This document shows positions 19,224 to 30,783 of a DNA stretch of 64,000 nucleotides, in pieces (position 1 is the stretch's first letter; each line of letters opens with the position of its first letter). The notes under the pieces were generated by a model. It had not been told where the DNA came from. It did no database searches and saw nothing but the letters and a program-made list of their open reading frames with translations. The stretch comes from an uncultured delta proteobacterium (GTDB taxonomy: Bacteria > Desulfobacterota > Desulfuromonadia > Desulfuromonadales > JACZKF01): contig CAWFKQ010000012.1 in NCBI GenBank assembly GCA_963816395.1, forward strand, positions 10,972-74,971. Direction: 5' to 3'. The position numbers and the translations under genes were made by a program.

Positions 19224-20816
19224 CCGTTGCTCCCGTTTTTGACTGCTGCCGCAATTTTCTCCGCCGCCTGTAAACCATCCAGCGCGGCACTCATGATACC
19301 TCCGGCGTACCCCGCCCCCTCCCCGGCCGGATAGAGGCCGGGGTGGGAAACCGACTGGCCGGTCTCGTCGCGCACAATGCGCAGGGGCGCCGAGGTGCGC
19401 GTCTCGATCCCGACGAGCACTGCATCGGCCCCGGTGAAGCCGCGCATCCGCCGTTCAAAATGGGGCATCGCCCGGCACAGCCCCTCAGTGACGAAGGCGG
19501 GCAGAACGCTCCGCAAGTCGGCCTCGCGGATCCCAGGCCGGCAGGTCGCCCGCACCGCACCGCCGCGGCCGCCGAGAAAAGCCTGAAGGCTCTGGGCCGG
19601 CGCCCGCCAGTCGCCGCCGCCGGCGACAAAAGCCTTTTCTTCCCAGGTCCGCTGAAAACGGACCCCCGCCAGCGGGTCGCTCCCCGGCAGATCATCGAGG
19701 CGCACCGTCACCACCAGGGCGCTGTTGGAAAAAGCGCCGTCGCGTCTCCGGCCGCTCATCCCGTTGACGACCAGGGCGCCCGGCTCGGAGGCAGCATTGA
19801 CCACTTCGCCGCCAGGGCACATGCAGAAGGAATAGACCCCGCGTTTGGTCTCCGGGTCATTCCAGGCCAGACTGTAATCCGCCGGCGGCAGCCGGGGGTG
19901 ACCCGAAAGACCGTACTGGATGCGATTGATCAGTTCCGCCGGGTGTTCCACCCGCAGACCGATGGCGAATGGTTTGGCGACCAGACTCACTCCGGCCTCC
20001 CGGAGCATCCGGTAGGTCTCCCGGGCGCTGTGGCCAGGGGCGAGGACCAGGCAATCGCAGCCGATCGCCTGCCGACCGTCGACGATTCCGCCCTGCACCC
20101 GGCCGCCGGCAGAGGTTTCCACTCCGGTCAGGCGGGTCCGAAAGCGGATCTCTACCCCTCGGGCCTGAAGCGCCCGCCGGAAGTTGATCAGAACCGCGCG
20201 CAGCCTGTCGGTGCCGATGTGCGGCTTGGCCTGGGTCAGGATCTCCGGCGGCGCGCCGGAATCGACCAGGGTCTGCAGCACCAGGCGGATCCAGGGATGA
20301 TTGATCCGGGTGGTCAGCTTGCCATCGGAGAAAGTGCCCGCCCCTCCCTCACCGAACTGCACGTTACTGGCCGGCTCCAGCCCCTCTCCGGCCCAGAAAC
20401 GGTGCACGTCCCTGATCCGCTCCTCCACCGGCCGCCCCTGTTCCACCAAGACCACGCCCAGACCGTAGCGCGCCAGCTGCCAGGCCGCGAAGAGTCCGGC
20501 CGGCCCCATCCCCGCCACCAGCACCCGGCCGCCGGTCCGGAGCGGGACAACGGCTGGCAGCTCCGGCTGGACGGCCCGCTCCAGCCGGGGGTGGCCGTCA
20601 TTTCGGCGCAGGATTTCTTCTTCATCGGCCGTTGTGAATTCTACCGTGTAAACCCGCAATATTCGCGGGCTTGCGGCGGGCATCAATACCTCGGCGGACG
20701 ATCCGGAGCTCTCTCACCCGGCCAGGATCAAGGGCCAGTTCCCGACCGATTTTCATCGCCAGGAGGGACTCGTCCTCTTCGAGGTTTAAAGCGATTTCCC
20801 GCAGTCGCAGAGTCAT
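19220..20816 (-). CDS. FAD-dependent oxidoreductase; apparent frameshift near 20680
   Basis: GMGPAGLFAA, NVQFGEGGAGTFSDGKL, FCMCPGG, GEGAGYAGGIMSAA; N-terminus lies in ORF 20622-20816. Confidence 0.88.
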
Positions 20817-20849
20817 TGCAGTTGGAAATCCGGCGAAAGGCGGCGCGCT

Positions 20850-22016
20850 TCAGACGGTCAGGGGAAGACGGATATGGAAGGTCGCCCCCTCTCCCATCTT
20901 GCTTTCCACCGAAATCTGCCCCCGGTAGGTCTTGACGATGCGCAGGACCACGGAGAGGCCGAAGCCGGTCCCCTTGGCCTTGGTGGTGAAGAAAGGCTCG
21001 AATATTTTGCTCAGGTTTTCCGCCGGGATGCCACCGCCGGAGTCGGAGACGTCGATAGTGATGGCCCGCTCGTTGTGGGACAGGCGAATGCCCAGCCAAC
21101 CGCCCTGCGGCATCTCGTGCAGGGAGTTCAGGAAAAGGTTGGAAAAGATTTGCTCAATTTCCGCCGCATCGGCCAGAATGGCCGGAGGACGGGTGAGAAA
21201 ACTCTTCTCCACCGTCACCTCCTGCGCCTGCAGCCGATCACTGACCTTCTCCAGAGCCCGCTCGATGACATCGTGAACGGCTACCATCTGCAGATCGAAG
21301 CGGGGGCGCTTGCTGGTGGCCAGCACCTTGATCAGGATGTCATCGATCCGGTCGATTTCCTTGAGAATTTTGTCGGTATAGGACTCTTTTTCCGGATCCC
21401 CGGCCATCCCTGATTTGAGGATCTGGGCAAAGAGGCTGATGGAATTGAGGGGGTTGCGAATCTCGTGCGCCATGCCGGCTGAGAGGTGCCCCAGGGTGGC
21501 CAGCTTCTCCGCCTGCACGATCTCGGCATGGGCCCGCTCCAGCTCCCGGGTTTTCTCCTCCACCCGCCGCTCCAGTTCCCGGTTCCATTCCTCGATTTCC
21601 CGCAGCAGCCGCTCCCTTTCTTCCTGCAATTCCAGATTTTGCAGTTCGATGCGGCGCAGGCGCAGCACGTGCTCGATTCGCTCAACCAGATCCTGGTTGT
21701 TGAACGGCTTGAGGATGTAATCGGAAGCCCCCGCCTTCATCAGCTCGACGGCGATCTCCTCGCTCCCCTTGCCGGTGAACATGATCACGTAGGTTTCCGG
21801 GAAGCGCTCGCGGATCTGCCGGAGGGCGGTCATGCCATCCATCGCCGGCATCATATAATCGAGCAGAACCACTGCCGGCGCTTCCTGTTCCACCATCGCC
21901 AGCCCTTCCCGGCCGCTTCTGGCGGTCAGGATCTCATAGCCCTTGCTGCGCAGAATCATCGAGGTGAGTTCGAGAATAATCTTCTCGTCGTCCACCACCA
22001 GAATTTTTTCCGCCAT
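20850..22016 (-). CDS. Hybrid response regulator-histidine kinase
   Basis: REC domain, AHEIRNPL H-box, [14 protein letters not shown]. Confidence 0.92.
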   Translation of the reverse strand: MAEKILVVDDEKIILELTSMILRSKGYEILTARSGREGLAMVEQEAPAVVLLDYMMPAMDGMTALRQIRERFPETYVIMFTGKGSEEIAVELMKAGASDYILKPFNNQDLVERIEHVLRLRRIELQNLELQEERERLLREIEEWNRELERRVEEKTRELERAHAEIVQAEKLATLGHLSAGMAHEIRNPLNSISLFAQILKSGMAGDPEKESYTDKILKEIDRIDDILIKVLATSKRPRFDLQMVAVHDVIERALEKVSDRLQAQEVTVEKSFLTRPPAILADAAEIEQIFSNLFLNSLHEMPQGGWLGIRLSHNERAITIDVSDSGGGIPAENLSKIFEPFFTTKAKGTGFGLSVVLRIVKTYRGQISVESKMGEGATFHIRLPLTV

Positions 22017-22175
22017 TATTCTCCTGAGAGCCGGGGGTTTTTTCGGCTGGGAATATCCGAAAAATGGTGCTAGGATAGCGTTCTCCCGCATTTTTGACAA
22101 GGATAAATCCCCTCCTGACGGGCCAAATGAAAAGGCGGCCGGGCGGCCGCCTTCGTTGCTCCGCTGATCCTGCTT

Positions 22176-22622
22176 CTACAGGGGTTTGCGGACGGTCATG
22201 ACCGGGATGGGCGACTTGCGGACCACCTTCTCGGCGGTGCTGCCGAACAGCATGTGGTCCAGACCGGTACGGCCGTGGGTGGCCATGACGATCAGATCGG
22301 CGGCGAGTTCCACACCCTTTTTGATGATTTCGTCGTAGGGAATCCCCGGCAGAATGAAGGTCTCGTAGTTATCGAAATCACGCACATGGGTGCGGCAGAA
22401 TTTTTCCATCATCTTCTGCGCCCCCTGCTCGATCTCCTCCTCCAGCTTGTCGAAGGAGATATGCGGGACATAGAAACCACGAAGATCAACCGGTTCGTTG
22501 ATCACATGAACGATAATCAGCCGCGCCTGGAAATTCTTTGCCAGGGAGATGGCATACTGGAAGGCATGGTCCGAACTTTCCGAAAAATCGGTGGCAAACA
22601 AGATATTCCTGAATTCCTTCAT
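22176..22622 (-). CDS. Universal stress protein
   Basis: ILFATDFS, DLIVMATHGRTG, GSTAEKVV. Confidence 0.93.
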   Translation of the reverse strand: MKEFRNILFATDFSESSDHAFQYAISLAKNFQARLIIVHVINEPVDLRGFYVPHISFDKLEEEIEQGAQKMMEKFCRTHVRDFDNYETFILPGIPYDEIIKKGVELAADLIVMATHGRTGLDHMLFGSTAEKVVRKSPIPVMTVRKPL

Positions 22623-22641
22623 GTTTTTCTCTCCGTCGCAA

Positions 22642-23034
22642 TTAGGCAAGCCGCGCCGGCGCACTGTCGCCGAAAATTTTCTGCATCACGGATTTGAGTT
22701 CGTCCAGTTTAACCGGCTTATGGATATATTCGAAAGCCCCCAGATTCATCGCTTCCAGGTAGGATTCCACTCCCCCGTAGGCAGTAATCATAATCACATG
22801 GGTGCTGGGATGATGCCGGTTGAGTTCCCGCAGGAACGCCAGGCCGTTCATCTCCGGCATGTTGATATCAGTGATGACCAGGTTCACTTCGCGACGACGG
22901 AGAAAATCGAGAGCCTCGTAGCCGTTGGCCACGCCATGCACTTCGTATCCTTCCTGAGAGAGTAGTTTGCTCAGGCCGAAACGGGCGTTTTCTTCGTCAT
23001 CGACGACCAATATACTCTTGCTCTTCTGACCCAA
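22642..23034 (-). CDS. Single-domain response regulator
   Basis: ILVVDDE, TDINMP, ITAYG, KP. Confidence 0.9.
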   Translation of the reverse strand: MGQKSKSILVVDDEENARFGLSKLLSQEGYEVHGVANGYEALDFLRRREVNLVITDINMPEMNGLAFLRELNRHHPSTHVIMITAYGGVESYLEAMNLGAFEYIHKPVKLDELKSVMQKIFGDSAPARLA

Positions 23035-23137
23035 GACAGAACTCTCCCCGTAAATTTCATTACAGTTTAGCAACCGGCCGTGTACTGTCAAGTCTGAGCG
23101 GGTAAAGTATGAGTAATTTCGATTATTTAAAACAATT

Positions 23138-23962
23138 TTATAAAACAGCTGGCGCCCTCTGCCAGAGGGCGATCAGCCGGCGAGCCAGGGAAACGAAATG
23201 TGCCGCCGACCGCTGGGCTGTCTGCAGGACATCGGCATGGTCCAGCGGTCCGGCGAGTCCCGCCGCTGGATTGGCCACCAGGGAAAGGCCTGCCACCTCA
23301 AGTCCCAGATATTTCCCCATAATCGCCTCGGGGACGGTGGACATGGAGACGGCGTCCGCCCCGAGTATACGCAACATTCGAATTTCGGCCGGGGTTTCGT
23401 AGGAGGGTCCGGGCAGCGCGGCCAGGGTCCCCCGGTGCAGAGGAATCTGCTCCTGCCCGGCCCATTCCTGGAGGGGAGGGAAAAGATCGATCCGATAGAG
23501 ATGGGAGAGGTCGAGGAAGGAATGCGGAAGTCCGCGCAGGGGGTTTTCCCCCAGCAGGTTGAGATGGTCGGCGATGAACATGAAATCGCCGGGAGCGAAC
23601 TGCGGGTGAATGCCGCCGGCGGCATTGGTCAGGAGCAGCCGGCGGCAGCCGAGGGCATGAGCCAGCTGCACCGGCAGAGTGACCTGGTGGGCGGAATAAC
23701 CCTCGTAGAGATGGCAGCGTCCCTCAAAAAGCAGAACCCGCCAGCCGAGGAGGGTGCCCGCAACCAGCCGGCCGGCATGGCCCGGGACCGTCGCCGGTGG
23801 GAAACAGGGGAAATCTTCATAGGAGAAGAAGGCGGGCGTCTCGACCTCCCCGCTCAGAGCGCCAAGTCCGGAGCCGAGCACCACGGCCAGATCGAAAGCT
23901 GCCGCGCCGGCGGCCTCCTGGACAGCCGCCAGCAGCTCGGCCGTATCCGGTGCCAGGTTCAT
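23138..23962 (-). CDS. Purine-nucleoside phosphorylase (trimeric type)
   Basis: VLGSGLG, GHAG, GRCHLYEG, TNAAGG, GPSYETPAE, MSTVPE. Confidence 0.92.
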   Translation of the reverse strand: MNLAPDTAELLAAVQEAAGAAAFDLAVVLGSGLGALSGEVETPAFFSYEDFPCFPPATVPGHAGRLVAGTLLGWRVLLFEGRCHLYEGYSAHQVTLPVQLAHALGCRRLLLTNAAGGIHPQFAPGDFMFIADHLNLLGENPLRGLPHSFLDLSHLYRIDLFPPLQEWAGQEQIPLHRGTLAALPGPSYETPAEIRMLRILGADAVSMSTVPEAIMGKYLGLEVAGLSLVANPAAGLAGPLDHADVLQTAQRSAAHFVSLARRLIALWQRAPAVL

Positions 23963-23965
23963 CTT

Positions 23966-24460
23966 TCATCTCTCCAGCAGGCTGCTGACCCGGGACAGCA
24001 GCTGCTGTGGCTTGAATGATTTGCTGAGAAAATCGTCGGCGCCGGCCGCCTCGGCCTGCAGGGCATCTTTTTCCTTGCGGAAAACCCCGCTGATCGCCAG
24101 CAGGCGCAGGTCCTTCAGAGCCGGGTCGGAACGCACTTCGCGGATCAGGGAAAAACCGTCGAGGCCGGGAAGATTGAGATCGAGAATGGTCAGCGCCGGG
24201 CGCTCCATACGGATGATCTGCAGTGCCTCGTTGCCTTCGCCGGCGGTCAGGAAAGTCACCTGCAGCGGTTGCAGCACATCGACGATCATTTCCCGGAAGA
24301 ACCTGGAGTCGTCCACCACCAGAACCTTTTTCTCCGCTTGGTCCAGGGCAACGGAAAAGAGGTGCTCGCATTTGGGGCACCTGACACGCACCGTCTTCTT
24401 GCGGGTGGCGGCAGCATCGATCCGGTAGCGGGCCCGGCAACCAGGACATTCTATGATCAT
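23966..24460 (-). CDS. MJ0042-type zinc ribbon fused to a receiver domain
   Basis: CPGC..RY...VRCPKC then VLVVDDS, LDLNLP. Confidence 0.88.
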   Translation of the reverse strand: MIIECPGCRARYRIDAAATRKKTVRVRCPKCEHLFSVALDQAEKKVLVVDDSRFFREMIVDVLQPLQVTFLTAGEGNEALQIIRMERPALTILDLNLPGLDGFSLIREVRSDPALKDLRLLAISGVFRKEKDALQAEAAGADDFLSKSFKPQQLLSRVSSLLER

Positions 24461-25439
24461 CGACCCTCCGCCAAGCCGGACACTTCCGCGGTCTGCAGAA
24501 CCAGTTCGCGATGACCGCCGAGGTTCAGCGACCGCTCGTTGATCCAGAGTCGGACCGCCGCCGGGTCAGTCAGGCGGAGGCACGCGGTCTGCCGCACCTT
24601 CCAGCTGAGAGCGGCGGCAGCTGCCAGGTCGTAGGACTGCGGCGGCCGGTTGTCGGCGCTGAATTCGACCTGACTGGGTCCCAGGGCTTCCAGGCGCAGC
24701 CGGCTGTCGCCCGGGAAATTCAGGGTCAGCGGTTCGTTGTCTGGCGCTGAAGGGCCAACCGTGGCTGCCGGCCAGAGCCGGCAACTCTTTTCCCGGCGGG
24801 CTGGAGTTGGCTGTCGGGGCTGTTGCCACAGGTGCTGCCGCCTTCATCGATACCATCCTTCGCCGCAGCCGTTTCTGCCGTAGCCGACCTGGTCATGCTG
24901 GAAGCGACCCCGGCAGTTGCCGCTGCCGTTGCCACGGCGGGAAGGTTGGCGTGGATTTCCTGCGCGGGTGCAGCCTCAGCTGGCTTAACTACCGTCGAGA
25001 TCAAGTCCGGGGCTGCCGGCGCCGGTTTTTCCGATACCGCCGGTTTCAGGGTGACCAGAACCAGGGCGGCGGCTGTCAGCAGGCCGATCGCCAACCAGGG
25101 CAGAAATCCGCCCCTTTTCCGCTGCCGGCGAAACGCCGGCGGCGGATCCGGAGGGGCTGGCGGAATCTCGCCTGGTGCCGCCGAACCGGCGACTTGCTCT
25201 TCATACATGGCCAGCAGAGAAGCCGGCTGCAATCCCAGAGACTGGGCGTAAACCCGCAGAAAGCCGATAAGATAGGTTTCCCCGGGGAAAATATCGAAGC
25301 AGTTCGCTTCCAGGGCTTGCAGATAAGTCCGGCGAATCCTGGTGCGGGTCGCCAGTTCCTGCACGCTGAGCCCGCACTCTTCCCGTCGACTTTTGAGCAG
25401 GGATCCCAGGTCAGGCTTGTCGGCAGCGGACATCATCAT
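24457..25439 (-). CDS. RodZ-like HTH membrane protein; apparent frameshift near 24750
   Basis: N-terminal HTH (YLQALE...YLIGFLRVYA), TM segment, C-terminal beta domain in a second frame ending at an ATGA overlap. Confidence 0.8.
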
Positions 25440-25443
25440 CCCC

Positions 25444-26184
25444 TTAGTGCAGCAGTTTCAGGTAATCGGCCGCTTTCGCTCCAAATTCGGAATCGGGAGC
25501 GAGCCGGACGACTTCCCGAAACGCCTCCATTGCCTTCGCATTATCACCCTGCCGGCGAAAGGCCAGCCCCAGGTCGTATTGGGCTCGGGCATAATCGGGC
25601 GCCGCCTTCAGCGCCTGCCGGAACTCGGTTATGGCCAACTCGTTCTTGTCGAGCGCGACGTAGGTCTCTCCCAGCATCAGGTGCGCCTGGGCATAATGGG
25701 GGTCTTGGGCAAGGGCGTTTTTGAAGGCGGAAACCGCTTCCAGGTAATCGCCTTTCTGATAATAGGCGTACCCGAGTCCGGTCAGTGCCACCACCTGGCG
25801 GGTGAACAGGAGATTTCCGGAGGCCAGGCGGAAATAGCGAATCGCCTGATCCCAGCGCTGCATATCAAGGTAGAGGGCACCCAGGTTGTTCTGCACCTGC
25901 GGGTTGTCGCGGCTGAGCTTAAGAGACCGCAGATAGTGGGCTTCCGCCTCGGGATAGGCTTTTTTTAGCTGGTAGGCCTGGCCCAGGGCGGCCTGGAGGT
26001 CGGCATCGTCGGCATTGATCTGTTCGGCCTGAAGAAATTCCTTCAGGGCCAGGGTCGGATTCTGCTCCTGCAGGTAGGAAACACCGAGAAGGTAATAAGC
26101 TTCCGCCCGGTTGGTCTTATTCGCGGCCATTCCGCAGCCGGCCAGCATTCCGAACAGCAACACCAGGGGAAAAATCCTGCGCAC
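25444..26184 (-). CDS. TPR lipoprotein, PilF/PilW/Tgl pilotin-like
   Basis: Lipobox LAGC, tandem TPRs, syntenic with rlmN and rodZ. Confidence 0.82.
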   Translation of the reverse strand: MRRIFPLVLLFGMLAGCGMAANKTNRAEAYYLLGVSYLQEQNPTLALKEFLQAEQINADDADLQAALGQAYQLKKAYPEAEAHYLRSLKLSRDNPQVQNNLGALYLDMQRWDQAIRYFRLASGNLLFTRQVVALTGLGYAYYQKGDYLEAVSAFKNALAQDPHYAQAHLMLGETYVALDKNELAITEFRQALKAAPDYARAQYDLGLAFRRQGDNAKAMEAFREVVRLAPDSEFGAKAADYLKLLH

Positions 26185-26196
26185 GCTTTCTCCTTT

Positions 26197-26943
26197 TCAG
26201 AGGGACGCCAGAAGGCGCCCGAGGTTCTCCTGCAACCGCTGCCTTCGCGCAGCGAATTCCGCCGGGGACGGCGGCTCCCTTTTGCGCATGGATAACGGTA
26301 CTGGCAGTTCTTCCATTGTTTTTCCGGATGCCGCCACCGCCGCCGGTTGCCGGTCGGCCCCCGCGGGTTTAGCTGCCGTGGGTTTGGCCGGTGCCGATTT
26401 TACCGTGACCGGTCTGGCTGGGGCTGCTTTGGTCGGGACCGGTTGGACTGGTGCCGCCTTTGGGGTCGCTGTGGCAGGGGCCGGCCTGGCCGGAGCGGGT
26501 TTGGCCGGCGATGTTCCGGGGCTTTCGTCAGGTGGCGCAACCGGCGGGGCTGCCGCCGGGGCCTGTTGGCCTCCCGTTTTCAGCGGCAGACTGTCCCACA
26601 AATCGGCTTTCGCCTTGGCCGACAGCGTCGGCAGATCAAGATCGGCCAGCATGAATCCCATCGATTCGCCGAAATTGAGACCTTCCTGCTGCAGCCGATC
26701 GGCCTCTTCCTTTCCGACTTCCCCCTCATTCAGGTAAAAAACCAGGGAGCGGCTGTCCAGCAACTCCAGAATGACGGCGCCCCGCAGCCCCTGGCCGGCC
26801 GCAAAGAGGCAGAAGTAGGCGTTCGCCTCCTGGGAAGGAAAGCCGGGCAGGGCCACCTGAATGCTGTTCAGCGAACGATGCAGCTGAAGCACCCGGGAAG
26901 GTGGCAGGTCGAGTCGGTGCATTCCCTTCTGCCAATTGAACAT
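26197..26943 (-). CDS. Hypothetical protein with Pro/Ala linker, upstream of the pilotin gene
   Basis: Globular N-terminal domain (SLN...ESMGFM), low-complexity linker, short C-terminal helix LGRLLASL. Confidence 0.75.
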   Translation of the reverse strand: MFNWQKGMHRLDLPPSRVLQLHRSLNSIQVALPGFPSQEANAYFCLFAAGQGLRGAVILELLDSRSLVFYLNEGEVGKEEADRLQQEGLNFGESMGFMLADLDLPTLSAKAKADLWDSLPLKTGGQQAPAAAPPVAPPDESPGTSPAKPAPARPAPATATPKAAPVQPVPTKAAPARPVTVKSAPAKPTAAKPAGADRQPAAVAASGKTMEELPVPLSMRKREPPSPAEFAARRQRLQENLGRLLASL

Positions 26944-26971
26944 CTGGTTTACCTTTGCAATTTCTGCCCGG

Positions 26972-27874
26972 TCACTCGAACTCGGTCAGCACCTTGAACT
27001 TGCGGTAGCGCTCCTCGATATCGGAGTAGGCGATGCCCCGCAGCCGGTTGAGGCTGAAGTCCTCCACTGCGAAGGAAGCCATGACGCTGCCGAAGATGAT
27101 TGCCTTGCGCATGGTCTTTTCGGAGAGGTCGCGGGTGGCGGCGAGATAGCCCATGAAGCCGCCGGCGAAGGTATCGCCCGCCCCCGTGGGATCAAAGACC
27201 GACTCCAGGGGATAGGCGGGAGCGGAAAAAATCGAATGCGCGGTGAACATGAGGACGCCGTACTCACCCCGCTTGACCACCAGGGTTTTCGGCCCCAGGG
27301 CGAGAATGGCCCGGGCCGCCTTGATCAGATTCGCTTCGCCGGCCAACTGGCGGACCTCGCCTTCGTTGATCAGCAGGATATCGACGAAGCGCAAGGTCTG
27401 CTGCAGAGCCTCGCGCTTCCCCTCAATCCAGAAGTTCATCGTGTCGCAGGCCACCAGCTGGGGCCGGCGAACCTGCTGCAGAACTTCCAGTTGCAATTCG
27501 GGATCGATATTGGCGAGAAAGACGAACTCGGAATCTTCATACCCCGGCGGCAGCTGCGGCCGGAAAGTTTCGAAGACATTGAGCTGGGTATCGAGGGTAT
27601 GCGCCTCGTTGAGATCGTAGCCGTAGCGCCCCTTCCAGCGGAAGGTCCGCCCGGGGGCGGTCTGCACCCCGGCCAGATCGATATTGCGGGAACGGAGAAA
27701 ATCGAGATGCCCGGAAGGAAAATCCTCCCCAACCACCGCTACCAGCTTCACGTCGGTAAAGAAACTGCTGGAGGTTGAGAAGAAGGTTCCCGATCCCCCC
27801 AGGACCTCCTCGACCTGCCCGAAGGGTGTTTCCACCGAATCGAAGGCGACCGAGCCGACAACCAGGATGCCCAT
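26972..27874 (-). CDS. PfkB family carbohydrate/nucleoside kinase
   Basis: VVGSVAFD, GGSG, DPTGAGDTFAGG. Confidence 0.92.
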   Translation of the reverse strand: MGILVVGSVAFDSVETPFGQVEEVLGGSGTFFSTSSSFFTDVKLVAVVGEDFPSGHLDFLRSRNIDLAGVQTAPGRTFRWKGRYGYDLNEAHTLDTQLNVFETFRPQLPPGYEDSEFVFLANIDPELQLEVLQQVRRPQLVACDTMNFWIEGKREALQQTLRFVDILLINEGEVRQLAGEANLIKAARAILALGPKTLVVKRGEYGVLMFTAHSIFSAPAYPLESVFDPTGAGDTFAGGFMGYLAATRDLSEKTMRKAIIFGSVMASFAVEDFSLNRLRGIAYSDIEERYRKFKVLTEFE

Positions 27875-27980
27875 GGTTCATTTCCCCCGTTTTTAAAGAT
27901 AATTAAAAGCCAAAACCGGCAGCCGGCAGGGTTTTTATTCTAACCATAGCGTACGGCGCTTTGCAACCGGGTTTTCCATT

Positions 27981-28849
27981 TTATTTCAAGTATTTTCCCA
28001 CCAGAAGGGAGAGTTTCTCGCGGGTCGCCGCGGGAATCAGCTCACGGTTGGTCATGATCGCATATTGCAGGGCCGTACCGCAGCTGCAGGTGCGCTCGCC
28101 TCGCCAGCCGTTTTGCCGCCTCCCGGATGATGTTCCGGGCAGTGGCGACGTTCTGCTGAATGATGGCGACAACCGCCTCCACCGAGACGTCATCATGGCC
28201 GGAATGCCAGCAGTCGTAATCGGTGGCCAGGGCAACCGTCCCATAACAGATCTCCGCCTCCCGGGCCAGGCGCGCCTCGGGGATATTGGTCATGCCGATG
28301 ACGTCGACCCCCCAGCTGCGGTAGATCAGGGACTCGGCCCGGGTAGAGAAATTGGGCCCTTCGATGCACAGGTAGGTGCCGCCGCGGTGCACCGTCGCTC
28401 CCACCGCCCGGGCGGCCTCGCAGAGTTCCCGGGAGAGATCACCGCAGACCGGGTCGGCAAACTGCACGTGGCCGACAATCCCGTCGCCGAAGAAGGTGGA
28501 GGGCCGCTTCCCCTGCGTCCGGTCGAAGAACTGGTCGGGGATGACGATGTGGCCGGGGACGATCGCCTCCTTCATGCTGCCTACCGCCGAAACGGAGATG
28601 ATGCGCTCCACCCCCAGCTTTTTCATTCCATAGATATTGGCCCGGTAGGGAACTTCCGAGGGAAGCAGCCGGTGCCCGCGGCCGTGGCGCGGGCAGAAAA
28701 ACCATCCGCACCCCGCCCAGGGTGCCGGTGACGAAGGCATCCGAGGGCGTGCCGAAGGGGGTTTCCAGGCGAACTTCCCGCAGATCCTGGATCCCCTCGA
28801 TCTCATAGAGACCGCTGCCGCCGATAACGCCGATTACAGGCTGAGTCAT
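27981..28849 (-). CDS. mtnP: S-methyl-5'-thioadenosine phosphorylase; two apparent frameshifts
   Basis: [44 protein letters not shown]. Confidence 0.9.
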
Positions 28850-28880
28850 GCCTTTTACCTCCAAGTAAAATTGAAAACCT

Positions 28881-28975
28881 GGTGATATGTGATATGTGAT
28901 GTGTGATTTGCACATCACTTACTCCTGGTGCCTTTATGCCTTGGCATTTTACTGATCACACATCACTTATTACGC
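28881..28975. repeat. Heptamer-periodic palindromic element
   Basis: TGATATG TGATATG TGATGTG TGATTTG mirrored by CACATCA units. Confidence 0.75.
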
Positions 28976-30024
28976 CTTTTTCGCCTCCGCCTTTTCCAGC
29001 TTCCCCTTCAACTGGCCGCAGGCCGCCGAAATATCCTGCCCCTTGCTGGCCCGGCGGATGGCGACGAGGCCGCGATCGAGAAGATGGCTCTGGAAAGCCC
29101 TTACCGCCTCTTCCGCCGGGGTGCGGAAAGCGCTCCCCTGGTGTTCATTGAAAGGAATCAGGTTCACCTTGGCCTTGACCCCGTGCAGCAGCTTCACCAG
29201 CCGCCGGGCATCCTGCGAGGGAATCGTTCACCCCGCGGATCAGGATGTACTCGAAGGTGATGCGCTGGCGTGGCTGCAGGGGATAGCGCCGGCAGGCCGC
29301 CATCAACTCGGCCAGCGGATAACGGCGGTTGACCGGCATCAGCTCGTTGCGCACGGCATCGGTGGTGGCATTGAGGGAAACCGCCAGGTTCACGCGGATG
29401 CGCCGGCCCAGTTCATCCATCTCCGGCACCAGCCCGGAGGTGGAAAGGGTCACCTTGCGCGGGCCGAAGTCGAAGCCTTCCGGGGCGTAAAGGATCTGCA
29501 GCGCCCTGACCACCTGATCGAGGTTGTGCAGCGGCTCCCCCATCCCCATGAGGACGATGTTGTTCACCGGCCCGTCTTTGACCGCGGCGCAGACCTGGTT
29601 GACGATTTCTCCCGCTTCCAGGTTCCGCAGCAGACCGAAGCTGCCGGTCAGGCAGAAGGCGCAGCCCATCGCACACCCCACCTGGGTGGAGATGCACAGG
29701 GTGGCACGCCCCTCTTCCATGGGGATGCGTACCGTCTCCACCGTCTGCCCATCGGCGAGGCGAAAGAGGTACTTTCTGGTCCCGTCCCGGCTCTCCTCGG
29801 TCGCTTCCGGGCTCCAGTCGGAGATGCTGGCCCGCGCCGCCAGGTCCTCCCGCAGTTCCTTGGCGAGGTCGGTCATGGCGGCGAAGTCGGTTACCCCCCG
29901 GCGATAGATCCAGCGCATCAGCTGCCCGGCGCGGAAACGTTCCCGGCCCAGGCCGCCGAGGAAGGACGTCAGTTCCTCGCTGGTGAGATTTTTCAGGTCG
30001 ATGCGTTCCTGTCGAAGTGTCCAT
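28970..30024 (-). CDS. rlmN: 23S rRNA m2A2503 / tRNA methyltransferase; apparent frameshifts
   Basis: [32 protein letters not shown]. Confidence 0.93.
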
Positions 30025-30129
30025 TTATTCGCGGCGAGGTGCCTTTTTCGCTGAATTTAAAAGAAAAAACCCCCCGGATTGTAACCCGAAGGGTTTTCGC
30101 TGTACAAGGTGAAATTGCCCGGGAGAACG

Positions 30130-30544
30130 CTACAGAAGCTCCAGCCCCGAGAAGAAATAGGGGATCTCGAAGGCGGCGGTTTCCGGGGCATCGGAGCCGT
30201 GGGTGGCGTTCTCGCCAATGGAGCGGCCGAATTCCTTGCGCAGGGTGCCGGCGTCGGCTTTGCCCGGGTCGGTGGCTCCCATCAGGTCGCGCCATTTCTT
30301 GATGGCCCCTGCGCGCCTCCAGAACCATGACGATGCAGGGGGCGCTGCTCATGAAATCCGTCAGCTCGCCGAAGAAGGGGCGCTCCCGGTGCACGTAGTA
30401 GAAGCCTTCGGCTTCCACCTTGCTCAGCCAGAGCTTCTTCAGGCCGACGACCTTGAATCCTTCGGCATAGATGCGGGCAAGGATCTTGCCGGCGCTGCCG
30501 GCAGCGAAGGCGTCCGGTTTGATAATGGCAAAGGTTCTTTCCAT
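30130..30544 (-). CDS. ndk: Nucleoside diphosphate kinase; apparent frameshift near 30312
   Basis: [19 protein letters not shown], then [10 protein letters not shown]...NATHGSD in another frame. Confidence 0.93.
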
Positions 30545-30658
30545 GTGATTTCCTCCGTGTTCCGTAGTCGCAAATGTCGCGCTTTGTAGCATCCGCGGGG
30601 GGAAAAGTCAAGAAAACCTGCCCCGAGGCGGTCTGCCAATCGGTTGAAAGTCGTTTCC

Positions 30659-30783
30659 GCAGGCTGAGCAAAAATGTCCAGATGCAAGGCGCCTGAAACC
30701 CTGAGGAATAAGGCGTACCGCAGGTACGTCGTTGACGAAGGGTGAGGGCAACGCCGCAGATGGGCGTTTTCCCATCAGCCTGC
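30659..30783. mobile_element. MITE-like non-coding palindromic element
   Basis: Imperfect ~27-bp terminal inverted repeats GCAGGCTGAGCAAAAATGTCCAGATGC / GCAGATGGGCGTTTTCCCATCAGCCTGC, internal GTACC-GCA-GGTAC hairpin, no ORF. Confidence 0.7.
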
